In this document: positions 18,743 to 27,195 of the stretch, one piece after another
Layout: each line of letters opens with the position of its first letter
Numbering within the stretch: position 1 is the first letter of the stretch
Origin: an uncultured virus (IMG/VR IMGVR_UViG_3300020577_011874)
Taxonomy: Duplodnaviria > Heunggongvirae > Uroviricota > Caudoviricetes
Virus record (IMG/VR): IMGVR_UViG_3300020577_011874
Strand: one strand, 5' to 3'
DNA length: 64,000 nucleotides
Position numbers and translations under genes: made by a program
The notes under the pieces: model-generated
Told to the model about the DNA's origin: nothing
Seen by the model: the letters and a program-made list of their open reading frames with translations, nothing else
Database searches by the model: none

Positions 18743-20496
18743 ATTTGAACTGGCGCTGCTGTTACAGATCCTTGAACGGTAACAGTTCCAGAAACGTTCT
18801 GTGTGGCTGGGTAATTGTTGACACTAATGGTTCCCGAAACGCCGACAGGACCGTCGTTGAAAATTCTCAAACCAGACGAGCTAGATACGTTCTGGGCGGT
18901 CTGAGTGATGCCAGGCGTTGTCGAAATAGAGCCTGAAATGCCGATGGCACCGGCGCTCCAGATTTGAACCGGGACGCCTGTTGAAGAACCTTGTACTGTG
19001 ACTGTACCGCTGACGTTCTGCGTTGCAGGGAAGTTGTTAACAGAGATCTGTGAACCTAGAGCAACTGTTCCTGAGACGCCAACTGTACCAGCGTTGTATA
19101 CGTTGAGAGGTATTGAAGCTGACACCCCAAACGTAGCTGGCCAATTTTGAATTGTGATTCCACCCGACACTGCTTGCACAGCGGGGAAATTGCTGATCTG
19201 TAATTGTGGAACTGTTCCAAGATTGACAGTTCCAGAAACACCGACAGTTCCTCCATTCCATACTGAAAGCGGGAATGAAGCTGACACTCCCATCGTGGCC
19301 GGCCAATTTTGAAGGACAACGCCACCACTGACAGCTTGTACGGCTGGGAAGTTATTAATTCCTACCGTGCCACTGACGCCAACTAAACTTGCATTAAAGA
19401 CACTAAATGGAAATGACGCTGAAACACCTTGAACGCCACCATCCCAAGTTCGTAACGCAACTGAAGAAGAAACGCCAAGCACTGCAGGCCAGTTCTGTAC
19501 GACGATACCACCCGACACTGCTTGTACAGCTGGGAAGTTACTGACAGATACTTGTCCTCCCAAGGTGACAGTGCCGCTGACGCCTACCGTTCCTGCGTTC
19601 CAAACATTAAATGGTACTGATGCAGAAACGCCAAGCGTGGCCGGCCAATTTTGAATTATTGCGCCAACATTACCACTCACATTTTGGGTCGCCGGAAAAT
19701 TACTGACGCCAATCTGCGAACCCAGAGTGACTGTGCCGCTGACATTTTGTGTCAGTGGGAAGTTGTTAATTCCTACAGTTCCGGAAACACCGTGAACAGC
19801 GGGCCAGTTCTGAATGACAACGCCGCCGCTAATGGATTGTACAGCTGGGAAATTGCTAACTTGAAGTTGTGGAACTGTTCCGAGATTGACAGTTCCAGAA
19901 ACCCCAACTGCGGATTCATTCCAGACGCGGAGACCCGAGGATGAAGAAACGTTCTGGGCAGTCTGGGTGACCGTAGTTGAAGCAAAGTTTCCGGAAACTC
20001 CAATGACGCCAGCAGACCAAATCTGCAGTGGAATAGACGCTGACACACCAAGTGTCGCCGGCCAGTTCTGTACAACTACACCACCACTGACAGCTTGAAC
20101 TGCAGGAAAGTTACTGACTTGAAGTTGTGGAACTGTTCCGAGATTGACGGTGCCTGAGACTCCGACAGGACCGTCGTTGAAAACGCGGAGACCAGATGAA
20201 CTTGAAACGTTCTGGGCGGTCTGGGTGATGCCTGGGGTCGCCGTAATAGATCCAGAAATTCCAATTGCGCCGGCTGACCAGATCTGCAATGGCACTGATG
20301 CCGAAACGCCGAGCGTGGCCGGCCAATTTTGAATGACAGAACCAACTGTTCCCGAGACATTCATTGTCTGTGGGAAAGAAACGCTAGAACTAACCGTAAT
20401 TCCAGTTACAGTTACCGTACCCGATATCGCTAACGCTCCAGAAAGAAGCGGTAAGTTATCAACGGAAACCACATCATTGGGACCGTAAGCTGTCAT
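18655..20496 (-). CDS. Giant repeat fibre-like protein, N-terminal fragment (true start 20496)
   Basis: Same modules; leaves frame after QIWSAGSIGIS. Removing one 17-bp copy joins both ORFs into 2259 aa. Confidence 0.75.
   Translation of the reverse strand: MTAYGPNDVVSVDNLPLLSGALAISGTVTVTGITVSSSVSFPQTMNVSGTVGSVIQNWPATLGVSASVPLQIWSAGAIGISGSITATPGITQTAQNVSSSSGLRVFNDGPVGVSGTVNLGTVPQLQVSNFPAVQAVSGGVVVQNWPATLGVSASIPLQIWSAGVIGVSGNFASTTVTQTAQNVSSSSGLRVWNESAVGVSGTVNLGTVPQLQVSNFPAVQSISGGVVIQNWPAVHGVSGTVGINNFPLTQNVSGTVTLGSQIGVSNFPATQNVSGNVGAIIQNWPATLGVSASVPFNVWNAGTVGVSGTVTLGGQVSVSNFPAVQAVSGGIVVQNWPAVLGVSSSVALRTWDGGVQGVSASFPFSVFNASLVGVSGTVGINNFPAVQAVSGGVVLQNWPATMGVSASFPLSVWNGGTVGVSGTVNLGTVPQLQISNFPAVQAVSGGITIQNWPATFGVSASIPLNVYNAGTVGVSGTVALGSQISVNNFPATQNVSGTVTVQGSSTGVPVQIWSAGAIGISGSISTTPGITQTAQNVSSSSGLRIFNDGPVGVSGTISVNNYPATQNVSGTVTVQGSVTAAPVQIWSAGSIGISVRLEFLDLFQQFLASLRPR
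18697..18730. repeat. Perfect 17-bp tandem duplication CAGAAATTCCAATCGAA x2 causing a frameshift
   Basis: Copies at 18697..18713 and 18714..18730. Confidence 0.95.
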
Positions 20497-20658
20497 CTTG
20501 ATCCGTTTCTAGCGAGACCCGCATGTGTTGAGCGGCTCGTCATTGTCACAACCCACGATTGACCCACAGAATCTTCACAATGCACACCAATTGGTGTCAA
20601 TGCAAACTGTGTGTAGATTTTTTTGAACGTCACTCAGCACTCCCAGTCATGGCTGAGA

Positions 20659-20665
20659 TAACTAG
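20659..20665 (-). promoter_or_regulatory. Putative late promoter motif CTAGTTA
   Basis: Motif about 160 nt upstream of the giant repeat gene. Confidence 0.5.
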
Positions 20666-20678
20666 GCTGACCGTTTGG

Positions 20679-21761
20679 TCACAAACCAGCGAGTCGACAC
20701 CAGTTGGTGTAACTTCCTTCAATTTTTTCTAGTTCAACCTTGTCGCGAGCTTCTGTTGCACGAGCTTTCAAGGTATCGATTGCGTCAACAAAGCGTTGAA
20801 AACTATCTTTTTCATCCAATTCATACGTATTTTCATAACCAACGCGAAGAGCCAATACCATGCCGACGACAGATTGAAGTTCTGGAGGTAAGGCTTTTAT
20901 GTTGACATAATTGTGCAGATCATACGTGACATCAGAACTAGGTTCTGATGAGTTCAAAATATCTACGTTTGGCACTGCAAATACGATCTTGTCAGGCAAT
21001 TTTTCAGTTGTCTGTACAGTTCGAGTATGAAAGATGCGTGACACTTGGTCAACAACTTGATTTTCTTGTTGAACTTCTACGTCTTTGTAAACATCTTTCA
21101 AATCAATGGGTTCTACCTCATACTCAGGATTGATTTCCTTCAAGTGCAAAACACGAGATACGGCGCCCACAGGAGATGCATCTGTAACGTCAACAAATTG
21201 AATTCTTCGATCTTTTTGGCGTTCAATTGATTGTTGAAGCAAAACTTCTGCAGCTTCACGATTGAGCTGTTGAATTTTACGTTGTTTGACAAGTGAGTCT
21301 ACGACTTTTTCAGAAATTTTCAGATCTTTCAACAGTTCTTCGTAGGATTTGCTTTTACGTTTTTTCTCTGCTTGTTCTCGTTTCTCATTCAGATCAAATT
21401 TTCGTTCTTCAGTTTCAGACGCACCTTTCGTCGCTTCCCTAATTGCGCTCTTAGAAATTCCTATCCCAGGTGCTATCTCAATAAAATTGTCATCCCTAGC
21501 CTCTTTGGGTACAAATTTGGCTTCTTGGAATCCATGGATGATTTTTTCTGTCATAGGAATGGCCATGCCACTATGAGTTCCCAACACTTCATCTTCTATG
21601 CTTTCACCAACAATGATGACCGGTTCGCCAGAAGGACTGTCAGCGATTGTAAAATCCACCGGATCAGTTTCAAGTGATTTGATGAACTCTTTTGCTGCAT
21701 CGACAGGAATGCCTCTTGTTTGTAGCAATGTTTCTAGCGTTGTGTTGTTTTCAGTCGTCAT
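20679..21761 (-). CDS. Hypothetical protein (charged, coiled-coil)
   Basis: Long ORF; ATG 21761 has a GAGGA SD. Confidence 0.75.
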   Translation of the reverse strand: MTTENNTTLETLLQTRGIPVDAAKEFIKSLETDPVDFTIADSPSGEPVIIVGESIEDEVLGTHSGMAIPMTEKIIHGFQEAKFVPKEARDDNFIEIAPGIGISKSAIREATKGASETEERKFDLNEKREQAEKKRKSKSYEELLKDLKISEKVVDSLVKQRKIQQLNREAAEVLLQQSIERQKDRRIQFVDVTDASPVGAVSRVLHLKEINPEYEVEPIDLKDVYKDVEVQQENQVVDQVSRIFHTRTVQTTEKLPDKIVFAVPNVDILNSSEPSSDVTYDLHNYVNIKALPPELQSVVGMVLALRVGYENTYELDEKDSFQRFVDAIDTLKARATEARDKVELEKIEGSYTNWCRLAGL

Positions 21762-22425
21762 GTTTTTCCTCAAATTTGAATGGAAGCATCGGCCAGATTA
21801 AACGTAGCCATTTCACTGACGCTTGTCTATCTGGGTGAATGCCATCGGCCAACGGAATGTTAGCAGCTTCTGTGTCAAAATACGTGCAATCTGGTGTTAC
21901 TGCATCACGTAAGATTTTATTGATGGGCCAGTGTTTTCCTCTGACTGCAGTATTGCCAACCCATACACATTGAGCACCAGATTTTTTGATTTCTTGCAAC
22001 ACATTATCAACGCCAGACACTTTGCCTGTCATCTGCGCATAATGATTTGTGCCGAGAAAAACAACAACAACGTCTGGGTGAGGATGCTTGGATAACGCTG
22101 TATGTAGATGACCTTGTTCACCCCAATAACGCACTGTTGTGCTGCCTTTGCAATCAACACTAACAACGTCTCGTGGGTGACCATTTTCATCATTGATCTT
22201 TTGGATGGTTGGTTTGATCACAAAATTTACTGCGCAAGCTTCAGAATCACCCACAACAAGAATGTTTCGACCGACGAGAGAGGACGTGGCGGCCATAATC
22301 TTTTCAGATTGACCAACTTCGATAATCACGCTAGCATCTGGTTCTGTAATCATTGCAGATGGTTTACTTGTCACACATCCAATGAGTAGAACACACATCA
22401 AACCACGTAATATCGAACTCAACAC
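21751..22425 (-). CDS. SGNH/GDSL hydrolase family lipoprotein
   Basis: Blocks VVGDS, LGTN and DGIHP. GTG 22425 after AGGAG gives MLSSILRGLMCVLLIGC, a lipobox-like signal. Confidence 0.75.
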   Translation of the reverse strand: MLSSILRGLMCVLLIGCVTSKPSAMITEPDASVIIEVGQSEKIMAATSSLVGRNILVVGDSEACAVNFVIKPTIQKINDENGHPRDVVSVDCKGSTTVRYWGEQGHLHTALSKHPHPDVVVVFLGTNHYAQMTGKVSGVDNVLQEIKKSGAQCVWVGNTAVRGKHWPINKILRDAVTPDCTYFDTEAANIPLADGIHPDRQASVKWLRLIWPMLPFKFEEKHDD

Positions 22426-22441
22426 AGGCGATCTCCTGGGC

Positions 22442-23047
22442 TTAAATAGCCTTTCGCATGAGAATGACAGGCTCTCCAGGAATTGGTTGTGCTTTTTGCC
22501 ACTCTGGGTGTTCAACAAGCCACTCATCTACAGCTGGTTTCACACCATGCTTTTCTGTTTCGACCGGTTTTGTCGTAGAATCGTTCTCTTCATAGCCAGG
22601 GCGTTCTGCATACCAAAGATCGCGTTCTGCCCATCGTCCTTCATAGTCATCGATAATGACAATGCTATTTGGATATGTCAGAGCCTCAACGTGCTTCAGT
22701 TCTTGAGAGACAGTGTGATAGTTGTGATCGCCGTCTAACAACAATACGTTGAACTTCAAACCTTGTTGCACCATATTGGGCAAAACTTCTAGGCTATTTC
22801 GTTCAATACAATATGCTTGTTGTGACTGTTGCAGATCAAGGTTCATCAACATCAGTTGAACCTGTTCTTGAACCTGAACATCAACACCCATGACAACAAA
22901 TTTTTCCCTGGTACGAGCCAAGAAGGCGACCAACGGAATCAATGTCGTGCCACGATCAACGCCCACCTCTAACAAAGAGATGGGCTGTTCAATTGGGACG
23001 CTGCAGATGTATTTCTTGATTAACGGAATATAGCCCACGTAACTCAT
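22442..23047 (-). CDS. Class I SAM-dependent methyltransferase (Methyltransf_24-like)
   Basis: LLEVGVDRGTT motif I, LLDGDHNY, IIDDY and HGVKPAVDEW. Confidence 0.85.
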   Translation of the reverse strand: MSYVGYIPLIKKYICSVPIEQPISLLEVGVDRGTTLIPLVAFLARTREKFVVMGVDVQVQEQVQLMLMNLDLQQSQQAYCIERNSLEVLPNMVQQGLKFNVLLLDGDHNYHTVSQELKHVEALTYPNSIVIIDDYEGRWAERDLWYAERPGYEENDSTTKPVETEKHGVKPAVDEWLVEHPEWQKAQPIPGEPVILMRKAI

Positions 23048-23091
23048 GGGCTAATTCTACAACACTCTCTTGAGTGCTACGCTTAGTTTAA

Positions 23092-23337
23092 CTATTTCTT
23101 TAGCAAACGCCGCATCAAATGATCGACTACGCGTTGAACAACGTAAGGATTGATTAGTTCTTGACCTGGAAATTTGACACAATCTAATTTATCCATGCAT
23201 GCACCCGTCAATTGCACCGGCGCATATGATGAAATTGCAATCGTTCCGTCTGGATGAATGGTGATGCGTGAATCTTCGTTTGAAATAACAACAGCACCGT
23301 TTGGTTCAGCTTCGATGTTGAACTTTGCACCTGTCAT
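23092..23337 (-). CDS. Hypothetical protein
   Basis: ATGA-coupled small ORF. Confidence 0.6.
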   Translation of the reverse strand: MTGAKFNIEAEPNGAVVISNEDSRITIHPDGTIAISSYAPVQLTGACMDKLDCVKFPGQELINPYVVQRVVDHLMRRLLKK

Positions 23338-23585
23338 CTGTTTCTCTTCAAATAATGAATGGAAAAATCTGTTGGATCAATGAAAATGCCATCATGAATC
23401 GGTGGAACTAAGTTTCTTTCAATGTGTTCATTAGCAAGATGATAAATGGATCGATAATATCCATGAATCACCTCACTCAGGATCTTCGTAGGCTTACCAC
23501 CACCAATCACTGCAATGACAGTGCGCTCAACAAACTTATCGTTAAGTTTGGTAAATCCTCGTCTAACAACGCGAGTTCGCTTCAT
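23334..23585 (-). CDS. Hypothetical protein
   Basis: ATGA-coupled small ORF. Confidence 0.6.
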   Translation of the reverse strand: MKRTRVVRRGFTKLNDKFVERTVIAVIGGGKPTKILSEVIHGYYRSIYHLANEHIERNLVPPIHDGIFIDPTDFSIHYLKRNR

Positions 23586-23803
23586 CGAGCGGCAATCATC
23601 ATCTGAACCGCGAGTTCTACTCGACGTCGCAACTCTTCTGGAAGCGCAGACAACAATACATACTGTTCAACTCGAAGTCCGCCTGAGGGGACGCCCTCGC
23701 TGATAGAATTGTGATTCGGTACACCGACTCGAAGTGCAATTGGCGCCGGGCCGCCTTGATTTGCGATCATCGGTTGGTAAAGGTCAACCAGTTGCTGTCC
23801 CAT
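23582..23803 (-). CDS. Hypothetical protein
   Basis: 73-aa ORF in the tiled cluster. Confidence 0.6.
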   Translation of the reverse strand: MGQQLVDLYQPMIANQGGPAPIALRVGVPNHNSISEGVPSGGLRVEQYVLLSALPEELRRRVELAVQMMIAAR

Positions 23804-23954
23804 GTTTTTTCTTTCTTTTCTGTTCAGGCTTCTCAGCCAACAATAATTTCAATTCTTCTTGCAATGGTCGTGCATCTTTGCCGGCCACTGACGCTGCCAT
23901 CAATCGTTCCATCAGATCGGCGCAACGTTGCTCCCATGTTTTTTGGTCAGTCAC
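23784..23954 (-). CDS. Small hypothetical protein (56 aa, not in ORF track)
   Basis: GTG start, MTDQKTWEQRCADLMERLMAASVAGKDARPLQEELKLL...; fills the gap. Confidence 0.5.
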   Translation of the reverse strand: MTDQKTWEQRCADLMERLMAASVAGKDARPLQEELKLLLAEKPEQKRKKKHGTATG

Positions 23955-23957
23955 TGT

Positions 23958-24137
23958 TCAGCCTTTCAAAATTTGCTTTCCTTCAGTGAGTGCCTCATTA
24001 CAGGTTGCCAACTTTTGTTGATAATACCTGAGATCTTCTCGCAACGATGAAGGATCATGACCTAGTGATTCTGCCTTTGCAATTGCAACTTCAATTAATT
24101 TAATCCGCTCTAGCAATCGCTCTGTTGACGCTGACAT
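23958..24137 (-). CDS. Small hypothetical protein (59 aa, not in ORF track)
   Basis: MSASTERLLERIKLIEVAIAKAESLGHDPSSLREDL...LKG; promoter-like elements upstream. Confidence 0.6.
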   Translation of the reverse strand: MSASTERLLERIKLIEVAIAKAESLGHDPSSLREDLRYYQQKLATCNEALTEGKQILKG

Positions 24138-24204
24138 ATGTCTATCCTAACCTATCTGGGCACACTGTAAGGCCCTTCAAATGATAAGTATACGCGACGA
24201 TCAA

Positions 24205-24459
24205 TCAGGTCAATTGTGATGGCCAACTCTTTTGGACTTTACCATCGAGCACATCAACATTGACAGTTCCCAATCGAGTTGGTTGACTGGCGTTTAATGG
24301 TGTGCCATCCAATTTATTGACGTTCAACTGTAGTCCAGCAGACTTTGCAATGACAAACGCATGTGCTAGGACTAAGCCATCAATTTCCTTGGCAATTCTA
24401 ACTACGAGTCCAAAACCCTCTGTCGCCACTCGACGACGTCTCTTCAATTTCATATTCAC
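24205..24459 (-). CDS. Hypothetical protein
   Basis: 84-aa ORF directly after the tmRNA. Confidence 0.55.
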   Translation of the reverse strand: MNMKLKRRRRVATEGFGLVVRIAKEIDGLVLAHAFVIAKSAGLQLNVNKLDGTPLNASQPTRLGTVNVDVLDGKVQKSWPSQLT

Positions 24460-24493
24460 TTTCCGTCACAATTAAATTAACGTGACTGGACAG

Positions 24494-24859
24494 TGGAAGT
24501 GCCGGGAATCGAACCCGGGTCCACAGCTTGTCTTCTCAGTGCTTCTACACATGCTTTTCCCATCTATATTCTCGACCTCAAGGAGGGTCTAGAGAGCGTG
24601 CTTTATGTCCTCAACTCCCAGGGACAGCACTACGTTTTACGCCCAGTGCTTTGGCGTCGTCCAGTTATCGTCTGGTTGCTCGACGTTTTGCTAGCGTTCT
24701 GTTTCGAGGTGCTAGCAACCCAATCCCTCATGCCGCGAGGCGGAGAGAAGTGAGGCCGTTATCGTTGGCATCTATACGTCACATGGGTTTTACTTGGACC
24801 CTCGTGCACCAAGGCATGCAGCATCAAGTCTCTAAACCATGTCGAAACCTGTCACTCCC
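24494..24859 (-). ncRNA. ssrA: tmRNA (one-piece), tag peptide ANDNGLTSLRLAA
   Basis: 5' GGGAGTGACAGGTTTCGAC; 3' GGACCCGGGTTCGATTCCCGGCACTTCCA with T-arm; 7-bp acceptor stem with G3.U and discriminator A; tag ORF 24769..24728 ending LAA-stop. Confidence 0.95.
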
Positions 24860-24900
24860 TAATTTAGGGTTTTGCTCACAACTAGAATTGTCAAGGACCA

Positions 24901-24933
24901 AAAGACATTGAGCATATTAGCGCTCAACATCTA
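24901..24933 (-). terminator. Intrinsic terminator upstream of the tmRNA promoter
   Basis: AGATGTTGAGCG-CTAATA-TGCTCAATGTCT-TTT hairpin. Confidence 0.5.
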
Positions 24934-24964
24934 GACCATATCTACCACACTCAAAGGGTGTTTT

Positions 24965-25354
24965 TCACCGCTTCTTGTTATTGTGTCTTCCACCGCGATT
25001 TTGCCCTGTTCCTCTCCTTGGATACTCTGGTCGTACATAGTCATCTTCAATAAGCTCACCAACATCAGCCGATGTGGAAGTAGACTTCTTCAAATCAGCC
25101 TGTTCTTTTTTGACGTTACCCAATTGTTCATTGAGCTTGTCAATCTTTGCTTTTTCTTGAGTGAACCAGGTGCCAAATACATCTTCATGCTTATCAGAAG
25201 ACAGTGAGCTAATCAAACATGATTTCATTCGACCGTAAATTTGATGAAGTTGAACTTCATCGCCTTCATATTGTCGATCATCATCAATTTCAATTCGTTG
25301 ATGCAACAAGTTGTAAAGAGCAAGAAACTCTTTAGCATTGACGTTTAGTTTCAC
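24965..25354 (-). CDS. Hypothetical protein
   Basis: 129 aa, GTGA-coupled. Confidence 0.65.
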   Translation of the reverse strand: MKLNVNAKEFLALYNLLHQRIEIDDDRQYEGDEVQLHQIYGRMKSCLISSLSSDKHEDVFGTWFTQEKAKIDKLNEQLGNVKKEQADLKKSTSTSADVGELIEDDYVRPEYPRRGTGQNRGGRHNNKKR

Positions 25355-25914
25355 GCAAGCACCTCAACCAATTCATCAACAGGCAAGGTTTTCGTCCATG
25401 ATGAAGGAAATTTGGTGACATGAAAAACAGTCCATGCTTTTGAAGCATCACGTACATGAAGTTCTTTGGCCTTGCGTTTGAAATGTGTGACGCCTTCAAT
25501 TTCAGTATATCCATCAACAAGGATGTCAATGGACTTTCCTGTACCGGTGTCTTCAAATTCTAGCAAACCCTTTGTCGTTTTTACTGACGCTAAATCATGA
25601 AGAATAGCGGGATCTATGACTGATTCAGATTCGAGTTCTTCTTCAACGTCAACAGAATCACCCTCTTCTTCCTCTTCATCATCGTCATCATCATCAGCTA
25701 TTTCTTCAGAATCATCATCTTCAGGTCGATCATCACCGTCATCTTCTTCGTGCACATGTTCACTATCATCACACGTCAAAAAATGATCAAGCCGCTCTGA
25801 CAGGTCTTGAAGAATTTCTTGATACTCTGTCAAAGAGTCATTTTCCGTAGTAAATCCAACGTGTGGATGGAGTGTTTTCGTCAGTGCAAGGGCTTCGAGC
25901 TTATTGATTTTCAT
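25351..25914 (-). CDS. Hypothetical protein with long Asp/Glu tract
   Basis: 187 aa, AAGGT SD. Confidence 0.7.
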   Translation of the reverse strand: MKINKLEALALTKTLHPHVGFTTENDSLTEYQEILQDLSERLDHFLTCDDSEHVHEEDDGDDRPEDDDSEEIADDDDDDEEEEEGDSVDVEEELESESVIDPAILHDLASVKTTKGLLEFEDTGTGKSIDILVDGYTEIEGVTHFKRKAKELHVRDASKAWTVFHVTKFPSSWTKTLPVDELVEVLA

Positions 25915-25930
25915 GACAACTACCTTCTGT

Positions 25931-25963
25931 TAAAGAAGAATGGGCAAACATTCGCTTGCCCAT
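25931..25963 (-). terminator. Intrinsic terminator
   Basis: ATGGGCAAGC-GAAT-GTTTGCCCAT followed by TCTTCTTT. Confidence 0.55.
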
Positions 25964-25991
25964 ATCTTACAACTTCTCGTTCTAGAAGATT

Positions 25992-26288
25992 TTAGAACGA
26001 ATCAACGTACTTTCCCTGTGAATCAAAGTGCTTCTTCAAGGTCAAGTACAGGGTACGAGCCTGGCGACCGTTGAGCTCCAACGACGGAAACGGAACATTT
26101 CCCGAACGACCATCAAGATCAATGAAACATCGGGTGCTGTTGTTTCGCTCATCTGTGCTGATTGCCACATCGAGCTGTCCGCCGTCACGGCGAGAAGTTG
26201 CCGTCCGGTTCTTGCCGGTGCGGTCAGTATAGTTGAGAACGCGAGCGTTCTTATTGGTCGTGTATGATGCGTATCGATTCTTTGCCAT
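25992..26288 (-). CDS. Hypothetical basic protein
   Basis: 98 aa, GGAG SD, own promoter and terminator. Confidence 0.75.
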   Translation of the reverse strand: MAKNRYASYTTNKNARVLNYTDRTGKNRTATSRRDGGQLDVAISTDERNNSTRCFIDLDGRSGNVPFPSLELNGRQARTLYLTLKKHFDSQGKYVDSF

Positions 26289-26320
26289 GGTTTTTCTCCG
26301 TCGGCGTTATCTGCCGTCGT

Positions 26321-26354
26321 GTCAGACATTACACAGCCGGTCACCGTGTGTACA
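26321..26354 (-). promoter_or_regulatory. Sigma70-like promoter TGTACA-N17-TAATGT
   Basis: -35 at 26354..26349, -10 at 26331..26326. Confidence 0.45.
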
Positions 26355-26478
26355 AATATTCTGTACAGATGAATCTCAGAATGATCTACAATATTACTCA
26401 AATGAATGATACTGACACCATCATCTGAATGACATGAATTATTCTAAAGGACACGAGTGGGTCACTATTAAGGCCCTT

Positions 26479-26512
26479 AAATGGCAAAAGGTCCGCATGT
26501 GAAGCAGACCTT
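26479..26512 (-). terminator. Terminator-like hairpin after the head operon
   Basis: AAGGTCTGC-TTCACAT-GCGGACCTT-TTGCCATTT. Confidence 0.55.
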
Positions 26513-26535
26513 CGAAGCCAAGTTAGTGCTAGATA

Positions 26536-27036
26536 TCAGGTTGTGAGACCGGTAAGCGTAGCAGTTCCTGATACGTGTGTAACAATCCAACGAGCGTAAT
26601 CTGATTTCAAACCAACTGCGCCGCCGGCTTTGACAGTCAGCTTCGTTCCGTTGATTCCTCCACCAACACCTGCAGATGAAGAAAAGAGCGCCATGGATCC
26701 GGTGATGACATAGTCATAATTGACAGTTGTCGCACGAATGGTGATATCACCACCCGGGAACGCTGCTGGATTCGGAAGTGAACCAGTAAATCCTGATGCT
26801 CCACGTTGTGTAAGGACGTCTACGCTACCCGTTACCGGGACAAGGTAAAAGCCTGGGCCTGGGATAGTAACCCATGAACCCCTTGAACCATCCGCTGCTT
26901 CGCCTGCAGATCCCGAGGAACCCGAACCAAGCAGAGCGCCGGCCGTCCTAGAAATCTGAGCGGCGGAGACAACGCCGTCAACCGTGAGGTTGGCGCTGCC
27001 ATCGTCAATCAAACCTTGTGATGTAAGTCTTGCCAT
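26536..27036 (-). CDS. Putative head decoration/virion protein
   Basis: Gly/Ser/Thr-rich 166 aa directly after the MCP; late motif at 27063..27069 and AGGAG SD. Confidence 0.6.
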   Translation of the reverse strand: MARLTSQGLIDDGSANLTVDGVVSAAQISRTAGALLGSGSSGSAGEAADGSRGSWVTIPGPGFYLVPVTGSVDVLTQRGASGFTGSLPNPAAFPGGDITIRATTVNYDYVITGSMALFSSSAGVGGGINGTKLTVKAGGAVGLKSDYARWIVTHVSGTATLTGLTT

Positions 27037-27143
27037 ATTGAGATCTCCTGCCGGTACTTCAGTAAGTATCAGATTCGTTTGTTAGATTACAAATCTCATT
27101 ACTTCATCTATGAACAATTATTAATTCGCGGCTTTTAATGGGC

Positions 27144-27170
27144 GAAGGCCCGCGTATTAGGCGAGCCCTC
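27144..27170 (-). terminator. Terminator-like hairpin after the MCP
   Basis: GAGGGCTCGC-CTAATAC-GCGGGCCTTC. Confidence 0.5.
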
Positions 27171-27195
27171 AACCTTTATCATTCCGCTCAGAACA

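Noticed and set aside
13700..20496. CRISPR array or DGR template/variable repeats
   Set aside because: The repeats are in-frame coding modules varying mostly at third codon positions, with no unique spacers, no evident adenine-specific variation and no cas or reverse transcriptase gene in the window.
24493..24530. tRNA gene (T-arm GGTTCGATTCCC)
   Set aside because: It is the 3' tRNA-like end of the tmRNA; there is no anticodon arm. The plus-strand ORFs 24493..24911 are antisense shadows.
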